Source: Methylorubrum extorquens
Lineage (GTDB): Bacteria > Pseudomonadota > Alphaproteobacteria > Rhizobiales > Beijerinckiaceae
Length of the DNA stretch: 32,000 nucleotides
NCBI GenBank assembly: GCA_900234795.1
Contig: LT962688.1
Coordinates: forward strand, 1,770,001 to 1,802,000
Direction: 5' to 3'
Shown: in pieces, positions 1-10,798 of the stretch
How the letters are laid out: each line of letters opens with the position of its first letter
Position numbering within the stretch: position 1 is the first letter of the stretch
The notes under the pieces: model-generated
Databases searched by the model: none
The model's input: the letters and a program-made list of their open reading frames with translations, nothing else
What the model was told of the DNA's origin: nothing
Translations under genes and position numbers: made by a program

Positions 1-991
1 CGATGTCGGAGGGGCGGTAGGCCGCACCGTCGGGCATGTTCTCGACGATGCCGATGGCGCCGATCACGTTCGCCTTGGCCTTGCGCGAGGCCAGGGCGTG
101 CAGGGTGCCGACGACCGCGGCCGAGCCGCCCATGTCGCCCTTCATGTCCTCCATGCCGCCGGCCGACTTGATCGAGACGCCGCCGGAATCGAACACCACG
201 CCCTTGCCGATCAGGGCCAGAGGCGGCTCCGCGGCGTCGTCCGCCCCGTTCCAGCGCATGATCACCACCCGCGGCTCGCGGGCCGAGCCCTGCGCCACCG
301 CGAGCAGGGCACCCATGCCGATCTCCTTCATCCGCGCCACGTCGAGGATCTCGACCTCGACGCCGAGCTGCGTCAGCTCGGAGACGCGCCGGGCATATTC
401 CTCGGGGTAGAGGACGTTCGGCGGCTCGTTGACGAGGTTGCGGGCGAGGATCACGCCCTCGGCCACCGCCTCGGCGCTCCGCGCGGCAGCCTCGACCGCG
501 GACGGGTCGACGACCCGCAGGGTCAGCGCGGCACCCGCCTCGTCCTCGTCCTTCTTCTTGGTCTTGTACTGGTCGAAGCGGTAGCTGCGCAGGCGTGCGC
601 CGAGGGTGAAGTCGGCGACATCGCGGGCGCTGGCGGCAAAACCGGGCCCGTCGATCACGACGCGGGCGCTGCGGGCCCCGACCTTGCCGGCGGTGAAGCC
701 GCCCAGCACGGTCCAGTCGATCTTGGCCCGGTCCTTCTCCGATCCCAGCCCGATCACCACGAGCCGGTCGGCCTCCACCCCCGCCGGGGCCGGGAGGACC
801 AGCGCGCTCTGCGCCTTGCCCTTGAAGCGCTCGCTCGCGGCGGCGCGGGCGACCAGCTCGGTGCCGGGCTGGCCGAGCGCCTCGGAGGCGGCACCGGTCA
901 GGGCGAGGTCGTCGCCCACGAACACCACGAGGTCGCCCCCCGTGCCGCGCGACGACAGCGGCTCAAAGGTGATTTCGATCCCACCGGCCAT
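1..991 (-). CDS. pepA: Leucyl aminopeptidase (M17 family), N-terminal ~330 codons; the C-terminus lies beyond the window start
   Basis: Reverse-strand translation from the ATG at 991 reads [28 protein letters not shown]... It stays open to base 1 through ...[44 protein letters not shown]..., the M17 catalytic region. It is absent from the ORF track because no stop lies in the window. It is divergent from lptFG, as in E. coli. Confidence 0.9.
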   Translation of the reverse strand, partial: MAGGIEITFEPLSSRGTGGDLVVFVGDDLALTGAASEALGQPGTELVARAAASERFKGKAQSALVLPAPAGVEADRLVVIGLGSEKDRAKIDWTVLGGFTAGKVGARSARVVIDGPGFAASARDVADFTLGARLRSYRFDQYKTKKKDEDEAGAALTLRVVDPSAVEAAARSAEAVAEGVILARNLVNEPPNVLYPEEYARRVSELTQLGVEVEILDVARMKEIGMGALLAVAQGSAREPRVVIMRWNGADDAAEPPLALIGKGVVFDSGGVSIKSAGGMEDMKGDMGGSAAVVGTLHALASRKAKANVIGAIGIVENMPDGAAYRPSDI

Positions 992-1282
992 GATGCTCTT
1001 CGCTCTCAACCCGTCTTCCGCCGGCTCCTCCGCGTGCCCCGCGAAAACCGGCGAACCTGTGTACCCGCTGAAACGCAGAACGCAACGCGGGGACGGGGCG
1101 CAGGACCCGTGCCCGCTGGCCGCGTGCCTCGAGGGAGGTTGAACTCGCCGTTCTCCTTCCGGTCCTCCCCGCCGCGAAACGGCCTCATTCCAAGCGCCCG
1201 AAGCCGGCAGTATCGGCGCCTTGTCCCTTGCATGGGGTGCCGCTCGCGGTGAGTGAATGAAGGACCGGTTCGGGCGGCGCGG

Positions 1283-2452
1283 ATGACGCAGATCGAGCGC
1301 TACATATTCAGGATCGCGCTCGGGGCCTTCCTCACCTGCCTGATCGGCCTCACCGGCACGATCTGGGTGACGCAGGCCCTGCGCGAACTCGACCTCGTCA
1401 CGGCCAAGGGGCAGACGCTCCTCGTCTTCCTGTTCATCACCGCCCTGTCGCTGCCGACGCTGATCACGGTGATCGCCCCGGTCGCCCTGTTCATCGCCTG
1501 CGTCTACGCGCTGAACAAGCTCAACGGCGATTCCGAGCTGATCGTGATGTCGGCCGCCGGCATGCCGCCGCGCCAGTTGCTGCGCCCCTTCGCGACCCTG
1601 GCCTTCGCGATCAGCGTCGTGGTCGCCTTCCTGACGATCCAGGTGATGCCCTCCTCCTTCCAGGAGCTGCGCGACGTGCTGACCCGGGTGCGGGGGGATT
1701 TCGTCGCCAACGTCGTCAAGGAGGGCCAGTTCACGGCGCTCGACAACGGCATCACCTTCCATTTCCGCGAGCGCGGCGCCGACGGCTCGCTCCAGGGCCT
1801 GTTCATCCAGGACAAGCGCGAGGCCGGCAAGGCGGTGGTCTACCTCGCCGAGCGCGGGCGCGTCAGCGAGGTCGATGGGCAGACCTACCTCGTGCTGGAA
1901 AAGGGCAGCATCCATCGTCAGCAGAAGGACAGCCGCGATTCCTCGATCGTGAGTTACGAGCGCTACGCCGTCGATCTCGCCGCCTTCACGCCGCCGGATT
2001 CCGAGACGGTCTACAAGCCGCGCGAGCGCTCGACCATGGCGCTGCTCTTCCCCGATACGGGCGAGGGCTATTACCGCCTGCAGAAGGGCCGCTTCCGGGC
2101 CGAACTCCACGACCGGCTCTCCGCCTGGCTCTACCCGCTGGCGCTCGCCTTCATCGCCTTCGCCGCTCTGGGCGATCCGCGCACCACGCGCCAGGGCCGG
2201 GGCTTGGCCGTGGCCGGTGCGGTCGTGGGCGTGATCGCATTGCGCATCGCCGGCTTTGCCGCGAGCAGTGCGGCCGTGCGCAGCCCCGGCGCGGTGGTGG
2301 CGATCTACGCCGCGCCGCTCGGGGCGATCGCCCTCTCCTGCCTGCTGATCTTCGGCGGCGCCCGCACTCGCGCGATGAACGAGTGGTTCGGCCGGCTCGG
2401 TCGGAGGCTCGCTGGCAGCCTGCGGCGGCGCCCGCTCGCCGGACGGGCCTGA
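1283..2452 (+). CDS. lptF: LPS export ABC transporter permease LptF (YjgP/YjgQ family)
   Basis: The track ORF is 1253-2452. I prefer the ATG at 1283 ([16 protein letters not shown]...), which matches the typical LptF N-terminus. The protein has multi-pass TM segments flanking a periplasmic domain. It is followed by a paralogous permease and lptD. Confidence 0.85.
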   Translation: MTQIERYIFRIALGAFLTCLIGLTGTIWVTQALRELDLVTAKGQTLLVFLFITALSLPTLITVIAPVALFIACVYALNKLNGDSELIVMSAAGMPPRQLLRPFATLAFAISVVVAFLTIQVMPSSFQELRDVLTRVRGDFVANVVKEGQFTALDNGITFHFRERGADGSLQGLFIQDKREAGKAVVYLAERGRVSEVDGQTYLVLEKGSIHRQQKDSRDSSIVSYERYAVDLAAFTPPDSETVYKPRERSTMALLFPDTGEGYYRLQKGRFRAELHDRLSAWLYPLALAFIAFAALGDPRTTRQGRGLAVAGAVVGVIALRIAGFAASSAAVRSPGAVVAIYAAPLGAIALSCLLIFGGARTRAMNEWFGRLGRRLAGSLRRRPLAGRA

Positions 2453-2462
2453 GGGTGCCGGC

Positions 2463-3551
2463 ATGCTGATCGGAGCGACCCTCGGCCGCTACTTCGCGTG
2501 GCGCTTCGTGCGCACCATTCTCGGCGTGTTCCTCACCGTCTTCGCCCTGGTCTACACCCTCGACTTCGTCGAGCTGCTGCGTCGGGCGGGCGACGCGGAG
2601 GGCGCCTCGCCGGGACTGATGGCGCAGCTCGCGCTCTACCGCACGCCCGCTGTGGCCGAGAGCGTGCTGCCCTTCGCGGTGCTGTTCGGCTCCATGGCCG
2701 CCCTGCTCCAGCTCTCGCGCAAGCTCGAACTCGTGGTGGCGCGGGCCGCCGGCATCTCGGCGTGGCAGTTCCTCCAGCCCGGCGCCTTCGTGGCGCTGGC
2801 GATCGGTGCGCTCGCCATCGGCGCCTACAATCCCCTGTCCTCGGCGCTCAAGCAGCGCTCCAGCGAGATCGAGGCGAAGATCTTCGCCAAATCCACCAAG
2901 GCCGGCACCGGCAAGGACCTGTGGCTGCGCCAGCGCAGCATCGATGGGCAGGCGATCATTCGCGCCGAGACGGCGGTCGAGGGCACGACCACGCTGGCCG
3001 GGGTCACCGTCTTCCAGTTCGACGAGGCCGGCGCGTTCGCTGCACAGCTCGAGGCGGCGCGGGCGACCCTGCACGACGGCTGGTGGGAGTTGCGCGATGT
3101 GCGCGTTCTCACACGCGATGAACCGCCCGAGAGCCACGAGGTCTACCTCGTCGCCTCGACGCTCGATCCGAGCCAGATCCGCCAGCGCTTCACCCCTCCG
3201 GAATCTGTGCCCTTCTGGCAACTTCCGGAGACCATCGCACGCCACGAGCGGGCCGGGCTGGATGCCACGCGCTACCGGCTCCAGTACGATGTGCTGCTGG
3301 CAACGCCCCTGCTCTACCTCGCGATGGTCCTTGTGGCGGCAACGGTTTCCTTAAGGTTCTTCCGCTTTGGTGGTGTCGGAAAACTGGTGCTCGGCGGGGT
3401 GAGCGCGGGCTTCGTGCTCTACGTCGCGCGGCAGGTCATGGAGGGCCTCGGCGCGTCGGGGATGGTCGCGCCGACAGTGGCGGCATGGTTCCCGGCCGTG
3501 GTAGGAAGCTTGCTCGGTACGCTCACGCTTCTCTACCAGGAGGACGGCTGA
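2463..3551 (+). CDS. lptG: LPS export ABC transporter permease LptG
   Basis: A 362-aa ORF starting [18 protein letters not shown]..., with the same YjgP/YjgQ architecture as the upstream gene. It lies 10 nt after the lptF stop and directly upstream of lptD. Confidence 0.85.
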   Translation: MLIGATLGRYFAWRFVRTILGVFLTVFALVYTLDFVELLRRAGDAEGASPGLMAQLALYRTPAVAESVLPFAVLFGSMAALLQLSRKLELVVARAAGISAWQFLQPGAFVALAIGALAIGAYNPLSSALKQRSSEIEAKIFAKSTKAGTGKDLWLRQRSIDGQAIIRAETAVEGTTTLAGVTVFQFDEAGAFAAQLEAARATLHDGWWELRDVRVLTRDEPPESHEVYLVASTLDPSQIRQRFTPPESVPFWQLPETIARHERAGLDATRYRLQYDVLLATPLLYLAMVLVAATVSLRFFRFGGVGKLVLGGVSAGFVLYVARQVMEGLGASGMVAPTVAAWFPAVVGSLLGTLTLLYQEDG

Positions 3552-3584
3552 TGCACGGTTGTCCGGGTCGGGACGGGTTCGGTC

Positions 3585-6230
3585 GTGCAAGGGACTATCG
3601 TGATCGGCGTGCAGGGGGCTGCACAGGGTTCGAGGGACGCGTTGCGTAAGGTCGCCGACATCGCGATCACGGTCTCCATGGCCGCACTGCTGACGGCAGC
3701 CTACGGGCTCGCCGCGCCGCGCGCCCATGCCCAGGCCGGACTGGAGAAGCTCGCCGGCTCCAAGCCCGGCGAGAAGGGCCAGCGCCTGCTCGTCGAGGCC
3801 GACGAGCTGATCTACGACAACGACCGCAACACCGTGACCGCGCGCGGCAATGCCGAGCTGCATTACGGCGCGCGCACGCTCCAGGCCGACCGGGTGCGCT
3901 ACGACCGCGGCACGAGCCGCGTCTTCGCCGAGGGCAATGTCCGCCTCACCGACGAGACCGGGGCCCTGGTCACCGGCGAGCGGATGGAGCTGACCGACGA
4001 CTTCAAGAACGGCTTCGTCGAGGCCCTGCGCATCCAGCAGACCGTCGTGATGAAGGGCGAGACGGTGCGCACCCGCATCTCCGCCCCGCGTGCGGAGCGA
4101 ATCGCCGGCGAGCAATCGAGCTTCGACTACGCGACCTACACCGCCTGCGAGCCGTGCAAGGACCATCCGGAGACGCCGCCGCTCTGGCAGATCAAGGCGG
4201 CCAAGATCATCCACAACAATGAGACCCACACGATCAGTTACGAGGATTCGAGCCTCGAAATCGGTGGGATCCCGGTTGCTTACCTGCCCTATTTCGAGTC
4301 CGCCGACCCGACCGTGAAGCGCAAGACCGGCTTCCTGACCCCGCGCTTCATCACCTCGACCCCGCTCGGCAGCGGCGTCGCGACCCCGTACTTCATCAAC
4401 CTCGATCCGAGCTACGACCTGACGATCACGCCGGCCTTCGTCTCGCGCCAGGGCGTGCTGGGCCAAGCCGAGTTCCGCCAGCGCCTCGACAACGGCAGCT
4501 ACAATCTGCGCCTGTCGGGCATCTTCCAATCGACGCCCTCGGCCTTCCTGCCGGGGCCGCTGGGAGCCGCCGACCGCGAGTTCCGCGGCTCGGTCGAGAC
4601 GCGCGGGCGCTTCTTCATCAACGAGCACTGGCGCACGGGTTGGGACCTCGTCGGCGTGACCGACAAGTGGTTCCTCGACAACTACCGCATCCGCAACCAG
4701 AGCATCACCACCGACTATTTCCGCGAGGCGGTGTCGAGCGCCTACCTGATCGGCCAGGGCGACCGCTCGTGGTTCGAGGCGCGCGGCTACTACTTCAAGG
4801 CCCTGTCGAGCTTCGACTGGCAGAAGGAGCAGCCCGTCGTCCTGCCGGTGATCGACTACGACAAGCGCATCAATGGGCCGGGCAAGCTCGGCGGCGAGGT
4901 GCGGTTCGAGGCCAACGTCACGAGTCTCAGCCGCGAGGCGACCGACTTCCAGGGCATCCCGCGCACGGGCAGCTACCTGTTCGCCCCGAGCGTCAACGGG
5001 ATCAGCTATCCGCTCTACGAGACCTGCACCACCTTCGTGCGCGACCGCTGCATCGTGCGCGGTTTGGGCGGCGTCGACACGCGGCTCTCGGCCCAGGTCT
5101 CCTGGCGCCGCAGCTTCATCGACGATTTCGGCCAGGTCTTCACGCCGTTCACCTATCTGCGCACCGACGCCTTCTTCGTGAACCCGAGCCGCTCGGGCTT
5201 CCAGAACGCGCTGGTGAACAACATCACCACCGTCGATGACGGCTTCTCCGGCCGCGTCATGCCGGCGATCGGCCTCGACTACCGCTATCCCTTCGTCGCC
5301 GATTTCGGCGGGCTCGGCGTCCATACCCTGGAGCCGATCGCCCAGGTGATCGCCCGGCCCTCCGAGACCCGGATCGGCCGGCTGCCCAACGAGGACGCGC
5401 AGAGCCTCGTCTTCGACGACACCTCGCTGTTCGAATGGGACAAGTTCTCCGGCTACGACCGGGTCGAGGGTGGCGTGCGGGCCAATCTTGGCGCGCAGTA
5501 TTCCGTCGTGACCCCGTCGGGCTGGTACGCCAACCTGATGTTCGGCGAGTCGATCCAGATCGCGGGCGTGAACTCGTTCCGCCGCGGGGATCTGGCCAAT
5601 GTCGGCCTCGATTCCGGCCTGGAGAACCGCCGCTCGGATTTCGTGGGCCGCTTCCAGCTCTCGCCCAACCAGAACATCAGCTTCATCAGCCGCGCCCGCT
5701 TCGACCAGCGCGACTTCGCCGTGAACCGGTTCGAGACCGGCGTAACCGCGCGGTTCTCGCCGTTCCTGCCGCTCGAAACCTCGCTGTTCTACTCGTTCTA
5801 CGAGGCGCAGCCGGCGCTCGGCTTCGCCCATCGCCGCGAGGGCGTGACGGCCTCGGCCACCTACCGCATCACCCCGAACTGGTTCGTCACCGGCTCGGCG
5901 CTCGTCGACTTCACCCGCTACCTCGACACCCGCGACACCTTCGCCGACCTCTACACCGCCTATCTCACCAACCCGGTCGGCCTCGCCCCGGTCTACAGCA
6001 GCCCCGGCCTGACCTACCTCTCCGGTCTGAGCCTCGGCGGCGGCTATCAGGACGAGTGCACCACGGTCTCGCTGAACTACATCGTCTCGCCCATCGCCAC
6101 CGCGATCGGCGTGCGCGAGCGAAACCAGACCGTGCTGCTGCGCCTGGAATTGAAGACTTTGGGCGAGGCGGACCTGCGCCAGAACGTCAGCAGCTCGACC
6201 ACCGCCGACGGTATCGCCTCGGTGCGCTGA
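3585..6230 (+). CDS. lptD: LPS-assembly outer-membrane protein LptD (OstA/Imp)
   Basis: An 881-aa ORF with a signal-like segment (ITVSMAALLTAAYGLAAPRAHAQ). It has an OstA-type N-terminal domain (LLVEADELIYDNDRNTVTARGNAELHYG...RVFAEGNVRLTD) and a long beta-strand-rich C-terminal region. The exact start is uncertain: GTG 3585 or downstream starts. Confidence 0.9.
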   Translation: MQGTIVIGVQGAAQGSRDALRKVADIAITVSMAALLTAAYGLAAPRAHAQAGLEKLAGSKPGEKGQRLLVEADELIYDNDRNTVTARGNAELHYGARTLQADRVRYDRGTSRVFAEGNVRLTDETGALVTGERMELTDDFKNGFVEALRIQQTVVMKGETVRTRISAPRAERIAGEQSSFDYATYTACEPCKDHPETPPLWQIKAAKIIHNNETHTISYEDSSLEIGGIPVAYLPYFESADPTVKRKTGFLTPRFITSTPLGSGVATPYFINLDPSYDLTITPAFVSRQGVLGQAEFRQRLDNGSYNLRLSGIFQSTPSAFLPGPLGAADREFRGSVETRGRFFINEHWRTGWDLVGVTDKWFLDNYRIRNQSITTDYFREAVSSAYLIGQGDRSWFEARGYYFKALSSFDWQKEQPVVLPVIDYDKRINGPGKLGGEVRFEANVTSLSREATDFQGIPRTGSYLFAPSVNGISYPLYETCTTFVRDRCIVRGLGGVDTRLSAQVSWRRSFIDDFGQVFTPFTYLRTDAFFVNPSRSGFQNALVNNITTVDDGFSGRVMPAIGLDYRYPFVADFGGLGVHTLEPIAQVIARPSETRIGRLPNEDAQSLVFDDTSLFEWDKFSGYDRVEGGVRANLGAQYSVVTPSGWYANLMFGESIQIAGVNSFRRGDLANVGLDSGLENRRSDFVGRFQLSPNQNISFISRARFDQRDFAVNRFETGVTARFSPFLPLETSLFYSFYEAQPALGFAHRREGVTASATYRITPNWFVTGSALVDFTRYLDTRDTFADLYTAYLTNPVGLAPVYSSPGLTYLSGLSLGGGYQDECTTVSLNYIVSPIATAIGVRERNQTVLLRLELKTLGEADLRQNVSSSTTADGIASVR

Positions 6231-6257
6231 GATGGTCGTCTGCGCCGGGATACAAAG

Positions 6258-6986
6258 ATGCTGAAGGGGGCGGCCGATTCGCTGATCCGCGCCTACGGCG
6301 CCCTGGCCACGCTCCCGTTCAGGTTCCGCCGGGACCGCATCGCGCCGCCGAAGGACCTGGCGCACGGCGCCTGGATCGACACCCTGTCGGAGCGCTTCGA
6401 CAAGCCGGGCCTGCGCGTGCTGGAGGTGGGTTCGCGCAACGTCACCGGCGCCAACTTCCGCCACCGCTTCGCCCAGGCGGAGTATGTCGGCTTCGATCTC
6501 TACGCGGGCGAGAACGTCGATGTGGTCGGCGACGCCCACCGGCTTTCCCACTATTTCGGGGACGATGAGCGCTTCGACCTGATCTTCTCCTCGGCGGTGT
6601 TCGAGCATCTCGCCATGCCCTGGGTGGCGGCGGTCGAGATCGCCAAACTCCTGAAGGTCGGCGGCCACGTCTTCGTCGAGACGCACTTCTCGTTTCGCTC
6701 GCACGAGCGGCCGTGGAATTTCTTCCAGTTCTCGGACATGGGCCTGCGCGCCCTGTTCAACGACGCCCTCGGCTTCGAGCTGATCGACAAGGGCATGAGC
6801 AGCCCGATCGTCGGCTACTTCACCGACCGGGCCCGGCCGGGCCTGCGCTTCGCGCCGATCACCGAGATGTACGGTCACAGCGAAATCCTGTGCCGCAAGC
6901 GCGCCGAGCCGGCGGGCTTCGACTGGGCTCGCATCCCCCTCGACGCCATCGTGGACGGTACGCGCTACCCGGCCCCGAGCCGGTAA
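6258..6986 (+). CDS. Class I SAM-dependent methyltransferase
   Basis: A 242-aa ORF with LRVLEVGSRNV (motif I-like), FDLIFSSAVFEHL and LLKVGGHVFVETH segments, typical of Methyltransf_11/23-like proteins. Confidence 0.7.
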   Translation: MLKGAADSLIRAYGALATLPFRFRRDRIAPPKDLAHGAWIDTLSERFDKPGLRVLEVGSRNVTGANFRHRFAQAEYVGFDLYAGENVDVVGDAHRLSHYFGDDERFDLIFSSAVFEHLAMPWVAAVEIAKLLKVGGHVFVETHFSFRSHERPWNFFQFSDMGLRALFNDALGFELIDKGMSSPIVGYFTDRARPGLRFAPITEMYGHSEILCRKRAEPAGFDWARIPLDAIVDGTRYPAPSR

Positions 6987-7246
6987 GGCGGAAACGCCAT
7001 CGGGTTGGGGGGACCGGCGGCATCGTCCCACGGATTGTCCGCAAGGGCATCGGGAGCACAGCGACGAGCGCGATGCGCTCGCTTGCCATCCCCGTTCGCT
7101 TGCCATCCCACGCCGCGGCCGCACCCTGTGCAGCCGCACCACGGCGAGGCCGGAAATCCTGTGATGGGCGGGCTTCGGCGCGCTCCGTGCTTGACCCCGT
7201 CCCGCCCGGCACCGACGGTGGCGCGCAAAATCGGACGGGAACGGAC

Positions 7247-7723
7247 ATGGCCCTCCTTCAGCGGCTTCTCTCCTACGCCTCCTCGGCCTTCGGCCTGCCG
7301 GCCCCGGCCGAGACGGTGCCCGATGGCAGCGAGGAGCATCTCGCGGCGACCGCGCTGCTCGTCCACGTCGCCCGCGCCGACGGCGTGCTCGACCCGGCCG
7401 AGGGCGAGCGGCTGGTGCGCCTCGTGCGCCGCCGCTACGCCGCCAGCGACGCGGAAGCCGAGAGCCTGATCGAGCGCGCCGCCACCTTCGAGGCGCAGAC
7501 CCGCGACATGACGAGTTTGGTCGAGCTGATCGGCAGCGACGGCAGCAACTCGGAAGAGCGGGGGCGGCTGCTTGCCATGGCGTGGTCGGTGGCCGGCGCT
7601 GACGGCGATCTGCACGAGTTCGAGGAGGCCCTGGTCTGGCGCCTCGGCAAGCTGCTCGGCTTCGACGAGCCGGCGATCACGGCGGCCCGCGACCGCAGCT
7701 TCCGCGAGCCCGCCGGCGCGTGA
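7247..7723 (+). CDS. TerB-family (tellurite-resistance TerB-like) protein
   Basis: An internal ATG of track ORF 6713-7723. The sequence is MALLQRLLSY...EEHLAATALLVHVARADGVLDPAEGERL...RGRLLAMAWSVAGADGDLHEFEEALVWRLGKLLGF. The two ADG-containing helical repeats are characteristic of TerB-like domains. The upstream part of the track ORF is Arg/Pro-rich and looks like noise. Confidence 0.6.
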   Translation: MALLQRLLSYASSAFGLPAPAETVPDGSEEHLAATALLVHVARADGVLDPAEGERLVRLVRRRYAASDAEAESLIERAATFEAQTRDMTSLVELIGSDGSNSEERGRLLAMAWSVAGADGDLHEFEEALVWRLGKLLGFDEPAITAARDRSFREPAGA

Positions 7724-7739
7724 TGATGAATCCGGATTT

Positions 7740-7759
7740 CGAAAAGGCGAGCCTTTTCG
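7740..7759 (+). terminator. Hairpin after the TerB-like gene (8-bp stem cgaaaagg/ccttttcg, loop cgag)
   Basis: A perfect inverted repeat read directly from the sequence. There is no downstream T-run, so terminator function is uncertain. Confidence 0.3.
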
Positions 7760-7849
7760 CGGGTCCAGGGCAGAGCCTTGGGACAAGATCGCGGCGCCGC
7801 CCCGTGACCCCGCCAAAGGGATGATCCCCTTGGGATCCCGGACGTTTCG

Positions 7850-8236
7850 ATGATCGTCAGCCTGACCCTGATCCTGCTCGCCCAGCTTGTGGGCGAAGTC
7901 GCCGCCCGCGCCGCCGGCCTGCCGGTGCCGGGGCCGGTGATCGGCATGGCACTGCTCCTCATCTACCTGGTGCTGCGCGACCGGACGCAGCCGGCCTCGA
8001 ACCGCTGGCTGCCGCCGCCGCTGGTCGATGGCGGGCTGGAGGGCACCGCCAAGGGGATGCTCGCGCATCTCTCGATCCTGTTCGTGCCGGCCGGCGTCGG
8101 CATCGTCGGCAAGCTCGACGTGCTGGCGAGCCACGGGGTGGCGCTCGCCGTCGTGCTCACCCTCTCCGTGACCCTGACCCTGGCGGCGACGGTGCTCACC
8201 TTCGTCGCGGTCTCCAAGCTTCTGGACCGCCGATGA
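7850..8236 (+). CDS. CidA/LrgA family holin-like membrane protein
   Basis: A 128-aa protein with four predicted TM segments, starting MIVSLTLILLAQLVGEVAARAAGLPVPGPVIGMALLL. It is ATGA-coupled to the LrgB-like gene. Confidence 0.75.
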   Translation: MIVSLTLILLAQLVGEVAARAAGLPVPGPVIGMALLLIYLVLRDRTQPASNRWLPPPLVDGGLEGTAKGMLAHLSILFVPAGVGIVGKLDVLASHGVALAVVLTLSVTLTLAATVLTFVAVSKLLDRR

Positions 8237-8949
8237 CCGGCGAGTTCGCGCTCTGGGTCTATCTCAGCCACACGCCGCTGCTGTGGCTCACCGTGACGCT
8301 GCTGGCCTACGCGGTGGCCGACCGGCTGTTTCAGGCGGCCGGGCGCCACCCGATCGCCAACCCGGTGATCCACGCGATCTGGATGATCGGCCTCGTGCTG
8401 ACGCTGACCGGCACGCCCTACCGCGCTTATTTCGAGGGCGCGCAGTTCGTGCACTTCCTCCTCGGCCCGGCCACGGTGGCGCTCGCCGTGCCGCTCTACG
8501 AACGGCGGGCGACGGTGATGCGCGCGCTCCTGCCGATGCTCGCCGCCCTTCTGGTGGGCTGCGTCACGGCGATGACCTCGGCGCTGGTCTTCGCCAAGCT
8601 CGTCGGCATCCCCTACGACGTGCGCCTCGCCATGGCCCCGAAATCGGTGACCACGGGCGTGGCCATGGGCATCGTCGAGGCGCTCGGCGGCGACCCGACG
8701 CTGGCCGCCGTGCTGGTGATGCTGACCGGCATGGCCGGCGCGGTGATCGTCACGCCGCTGATGCGGACCCTGCGCATCGAGGACATGCGCGCCCGCGGCT
8801 TCGCGGCGGGGCTCGCCGCCCACGGGCTCGGCACCGCCCGCGCCTTCCAAGTCAGCGAAGTCGCCGGCACCTTCGCTGGCATCGCCATGGGGCTCAACGC
8901 GTTCCTGACGGCGGTTCTGGTGCCGGTGGCGGTGAGTTTCCTGCGCTGA
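8233..8949 (+). CDS. LrgB family membrane protein
   Basis: A 238-aa polytopic membrane protein. Its start overlaps the stop of the LrgA-like gene (ATGA at 8233-8236), which is the canonical lrgAB pairing. Confidence 0.8.
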   Translation: MTGEFALWVYLSHTPLLWLTVTLLAYAVADRLFQAAGRHPIANPVIHAIWMIGLVLTLTGTPYRAYFEGAQFVHFLLGPATVALAVPLYERRATVMRALLPMLAALLVGCVTAMTSALVFAKLVGIPYDVRLAMAPKSVTTGVAMGIVEALGGDPTLAAVLVMLTGMAGAVIVTPLMRTLRIEDMRARGFAAGLAAHGLGTARAFQVSEVAGTFAGIAMGLNAFLTAVLVPVAVSFLR

Positions 8950-9127
8950 ACCTCCCGCATTGCGCTGCGGCGCAGCACGCCGTAAAGCTCGCCGCAATCG
9001 CTCGGACCCGGTGCAAGCCCGGGTGGCTCTTCCGGCCGCCGATCCGCCGGACCACGCATTCGCGACGCTCACCTCCCTCCCCGCATTAGCCGGCGGAGCC
9101 TAGCGTCCCTCTGCGGAATCTTTTGCA

Positions 9128-10633
9128 ATGTCATCGACGGTTTCAACCGCCCGCGGGCGGTTCGGCTCGACTTGGTTCGCCAACTCGTTCGCCAATCCTT
9201 GGGCCGACATCCTCTCCGGCATCGTCGTCGCGCTGGCCCTGATCCCGGAGGCGATCGGCTTCTCGGTGATCGCCGGGGTCGATCCGAAGGTCGGGCTCTA
9301 CGCCTCGGTCGTGATCGCCTGCGTCATCGCCTTTGCCGGCGGGCGCCCGGCCATGATCTCGGCCGCCACCGCCGCCACGGCCGTGGTGATGGTCGATCTC
9401 GTGCGCGACCACGGCGTCCAGTATCTGTTCGCCGCCACCATCCTGATGGGCGTGTTCCAGATCCTGGCGGGGCTCGCCCGGCTCGGGCGGCTGATGCGCT
9501 TCGTCTCGCGCTCGGTGATGACCGGCTTCGTCAACGCGCTGGCGATCCTGATCTTTTTAGCGCAGCTGCCCGAACTCACCGGCGTGACCCCGGCCACCTA
9601 CGGGCTGATCGCGCTGGGGCTCGCCATCATCTACGGCTTCCCCAAGCTCACCCGCGTGGTGCCCTCGCCGCTCGTCGCCATCGCCGTGCTCACCGCGCTG
9701 ACCGCGTATCTCGGGCTCGACGTGCGCACCGTCGCCCATCTCGGCGCGCTGCCGACGGCCCTGCCGAGCTTTGCCCTACCGGACGTGCCGCTGACCTTCG
9801 AGACCCTGCGCATCATCCTGCCCTACTCCGCGACGCTCGCCGCGGTCGGCCTGTTGGAGAGCCTGCTCACGGCGCAGATCGTCGACGACATGACCGATAC
9901 TGGCAGCTCCAAGAACCGCGAATGCATGGGCCAGGGGCTCGCCAACATGAGTTCGGCCGTGTTCGGCGGCATGGGTGGCTGCGCGATGATCGGGCAATCG
10001 GTCATCAACGTGTCGTCCGGCGCCCGCGGCCGGCTTTCGACCCTGGTGGCCGGGAGCTTCCTCCTCGCGCTGCTGGTCCTGTTGCAGGATCTCCTGGCCA
10101 TCGTCCCGGTCGCGGCGCTGACGGCGGTGATGATCATGGTCTCGCTCAACACCTTCTCCTGGCGCTCGCTCCTGGCGCTTCGCAGCAACCCGCTGCCCTC
10201 CTCCCTGGTGATGCTCGCCACCGTCGCGGTGGTGGTCGCTACCCGCGATCTGGCCATCGGCGTGCTCGTCGGCGTTCTGCTCTCGGGCGTGTTCTTCGCC
10301 GGGAAGGTCGCGCGGATGAGCCGGATCACCGCCGAGCTGTCGCCGGACGGGCGCACCCGCACCTATCGGGTGGCGGGCCAGGTGTTCTTCGCCTCCGCCG
10401 GCAGCTTCGCCGAGGCGATCGATGTCCGCGAGCCGGTGGAGCGGCTCGTCATCGACGTGCACGCAGCGCATTTCTGGGACATCTCGGCGGTGGGCGCCCT
10501 CGACCGCGTGGTGATGAAGGCCCGCGCCGCCGGCCGAACCGTCGAGGTCGCGGGCCTCAACGAGGCCAGCGCCACCCTGGTCGAGCGCTTCGGCCAGCAC
10601 GACAAGGTGGAGGCGTCGCTGCCCGCCCATTGA
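9128..10633 (+). CDS. SulP family inorganic anion transporter with C-terminal STAS domain
   Basis: A 501-aa ORF with an N-terminal polytopic region ([19 protein letters not shown]..., [17 protein letters not shown]). The C-terminal soluble domain ([17 protein letters not shown]...[15 protein letters not shown]) is typical of STAS. Confidence 0.85.
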   Translation: MSSTVSTARGRFGSTWFANSFANPWADILSGIVVALALIPEAIGFSVIAGVDPKVGLYASVVIACVIAFAGGRPAMISAATAATAVVMVDLVRDHGVQYLFAATILMGVFQILAGLARLGRLMRFVSRSVMTGFVNALAILIFLAQLPELTGVTPATYGLIALGLAIIYGFPKLTRVVPSPLVAIAVLTALTAYLGLDVRTVAHLGALPTALPSFALPDVPLTFETLRIILPYSATLAAVGLLESLLTAQIVDDMTDTGSSKNRECMGQGLANMSSAVFGGMGGCAMIGQSVINVSSGARGRLSTLVAGSFLLALLVLLQDLLAIVPVAALTAVMIMVSLNTFSWRSLLALRSNPLPSSLVMLATVAVVVATRDLAIGVLVGVLLSGVFFAGKVARMSRITAELSPDGRTRTYRVAGQVFFASAGSFAEAIDVREPVERLVIDVHAAHFWDISAVGALDRVVMKARAAGRTVEVAGLNEASATLVERFGQHDKVEASLPAH

Positions 10634-10798
10634 GGGGCCGGTCGCCGCCTCCCCGCTCCAGCCCTGGTTGTGCGCCGCGGTCAAACCTCGCTAGTGTCGG
10701 CGCGCGACCCTCCGGAGCGTCGCGATGCGGTGTCGCCCTGACGATGCTCAGGACGGCCCAATCTGAGGCCGAGCCGGCCCGTTGCCCTGCGAGGCGCC

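Noticed and set aside
98-1252. A 384-aa plus-strand ORF, plus ORFs 36-410 and 606-1142.
   Set aside because: They are antisense or alternative frames of pepA, whose minus-strand translation carries the M17 active-site region. Their translations are low-complexity Arg/Gly/Pro.
3351-7142. A 1263-aa minus-strand ORF, the longest in the track.
   Set aside because: It is antisense to lptG (3' end), lptD and the methyltransferase. The translation is Arg/Gly/Ala/Asp-rich with no recognisable domain. This is a typical open antisense frame in high-GC DNA, and the plus-strand genes have clear family signatures.
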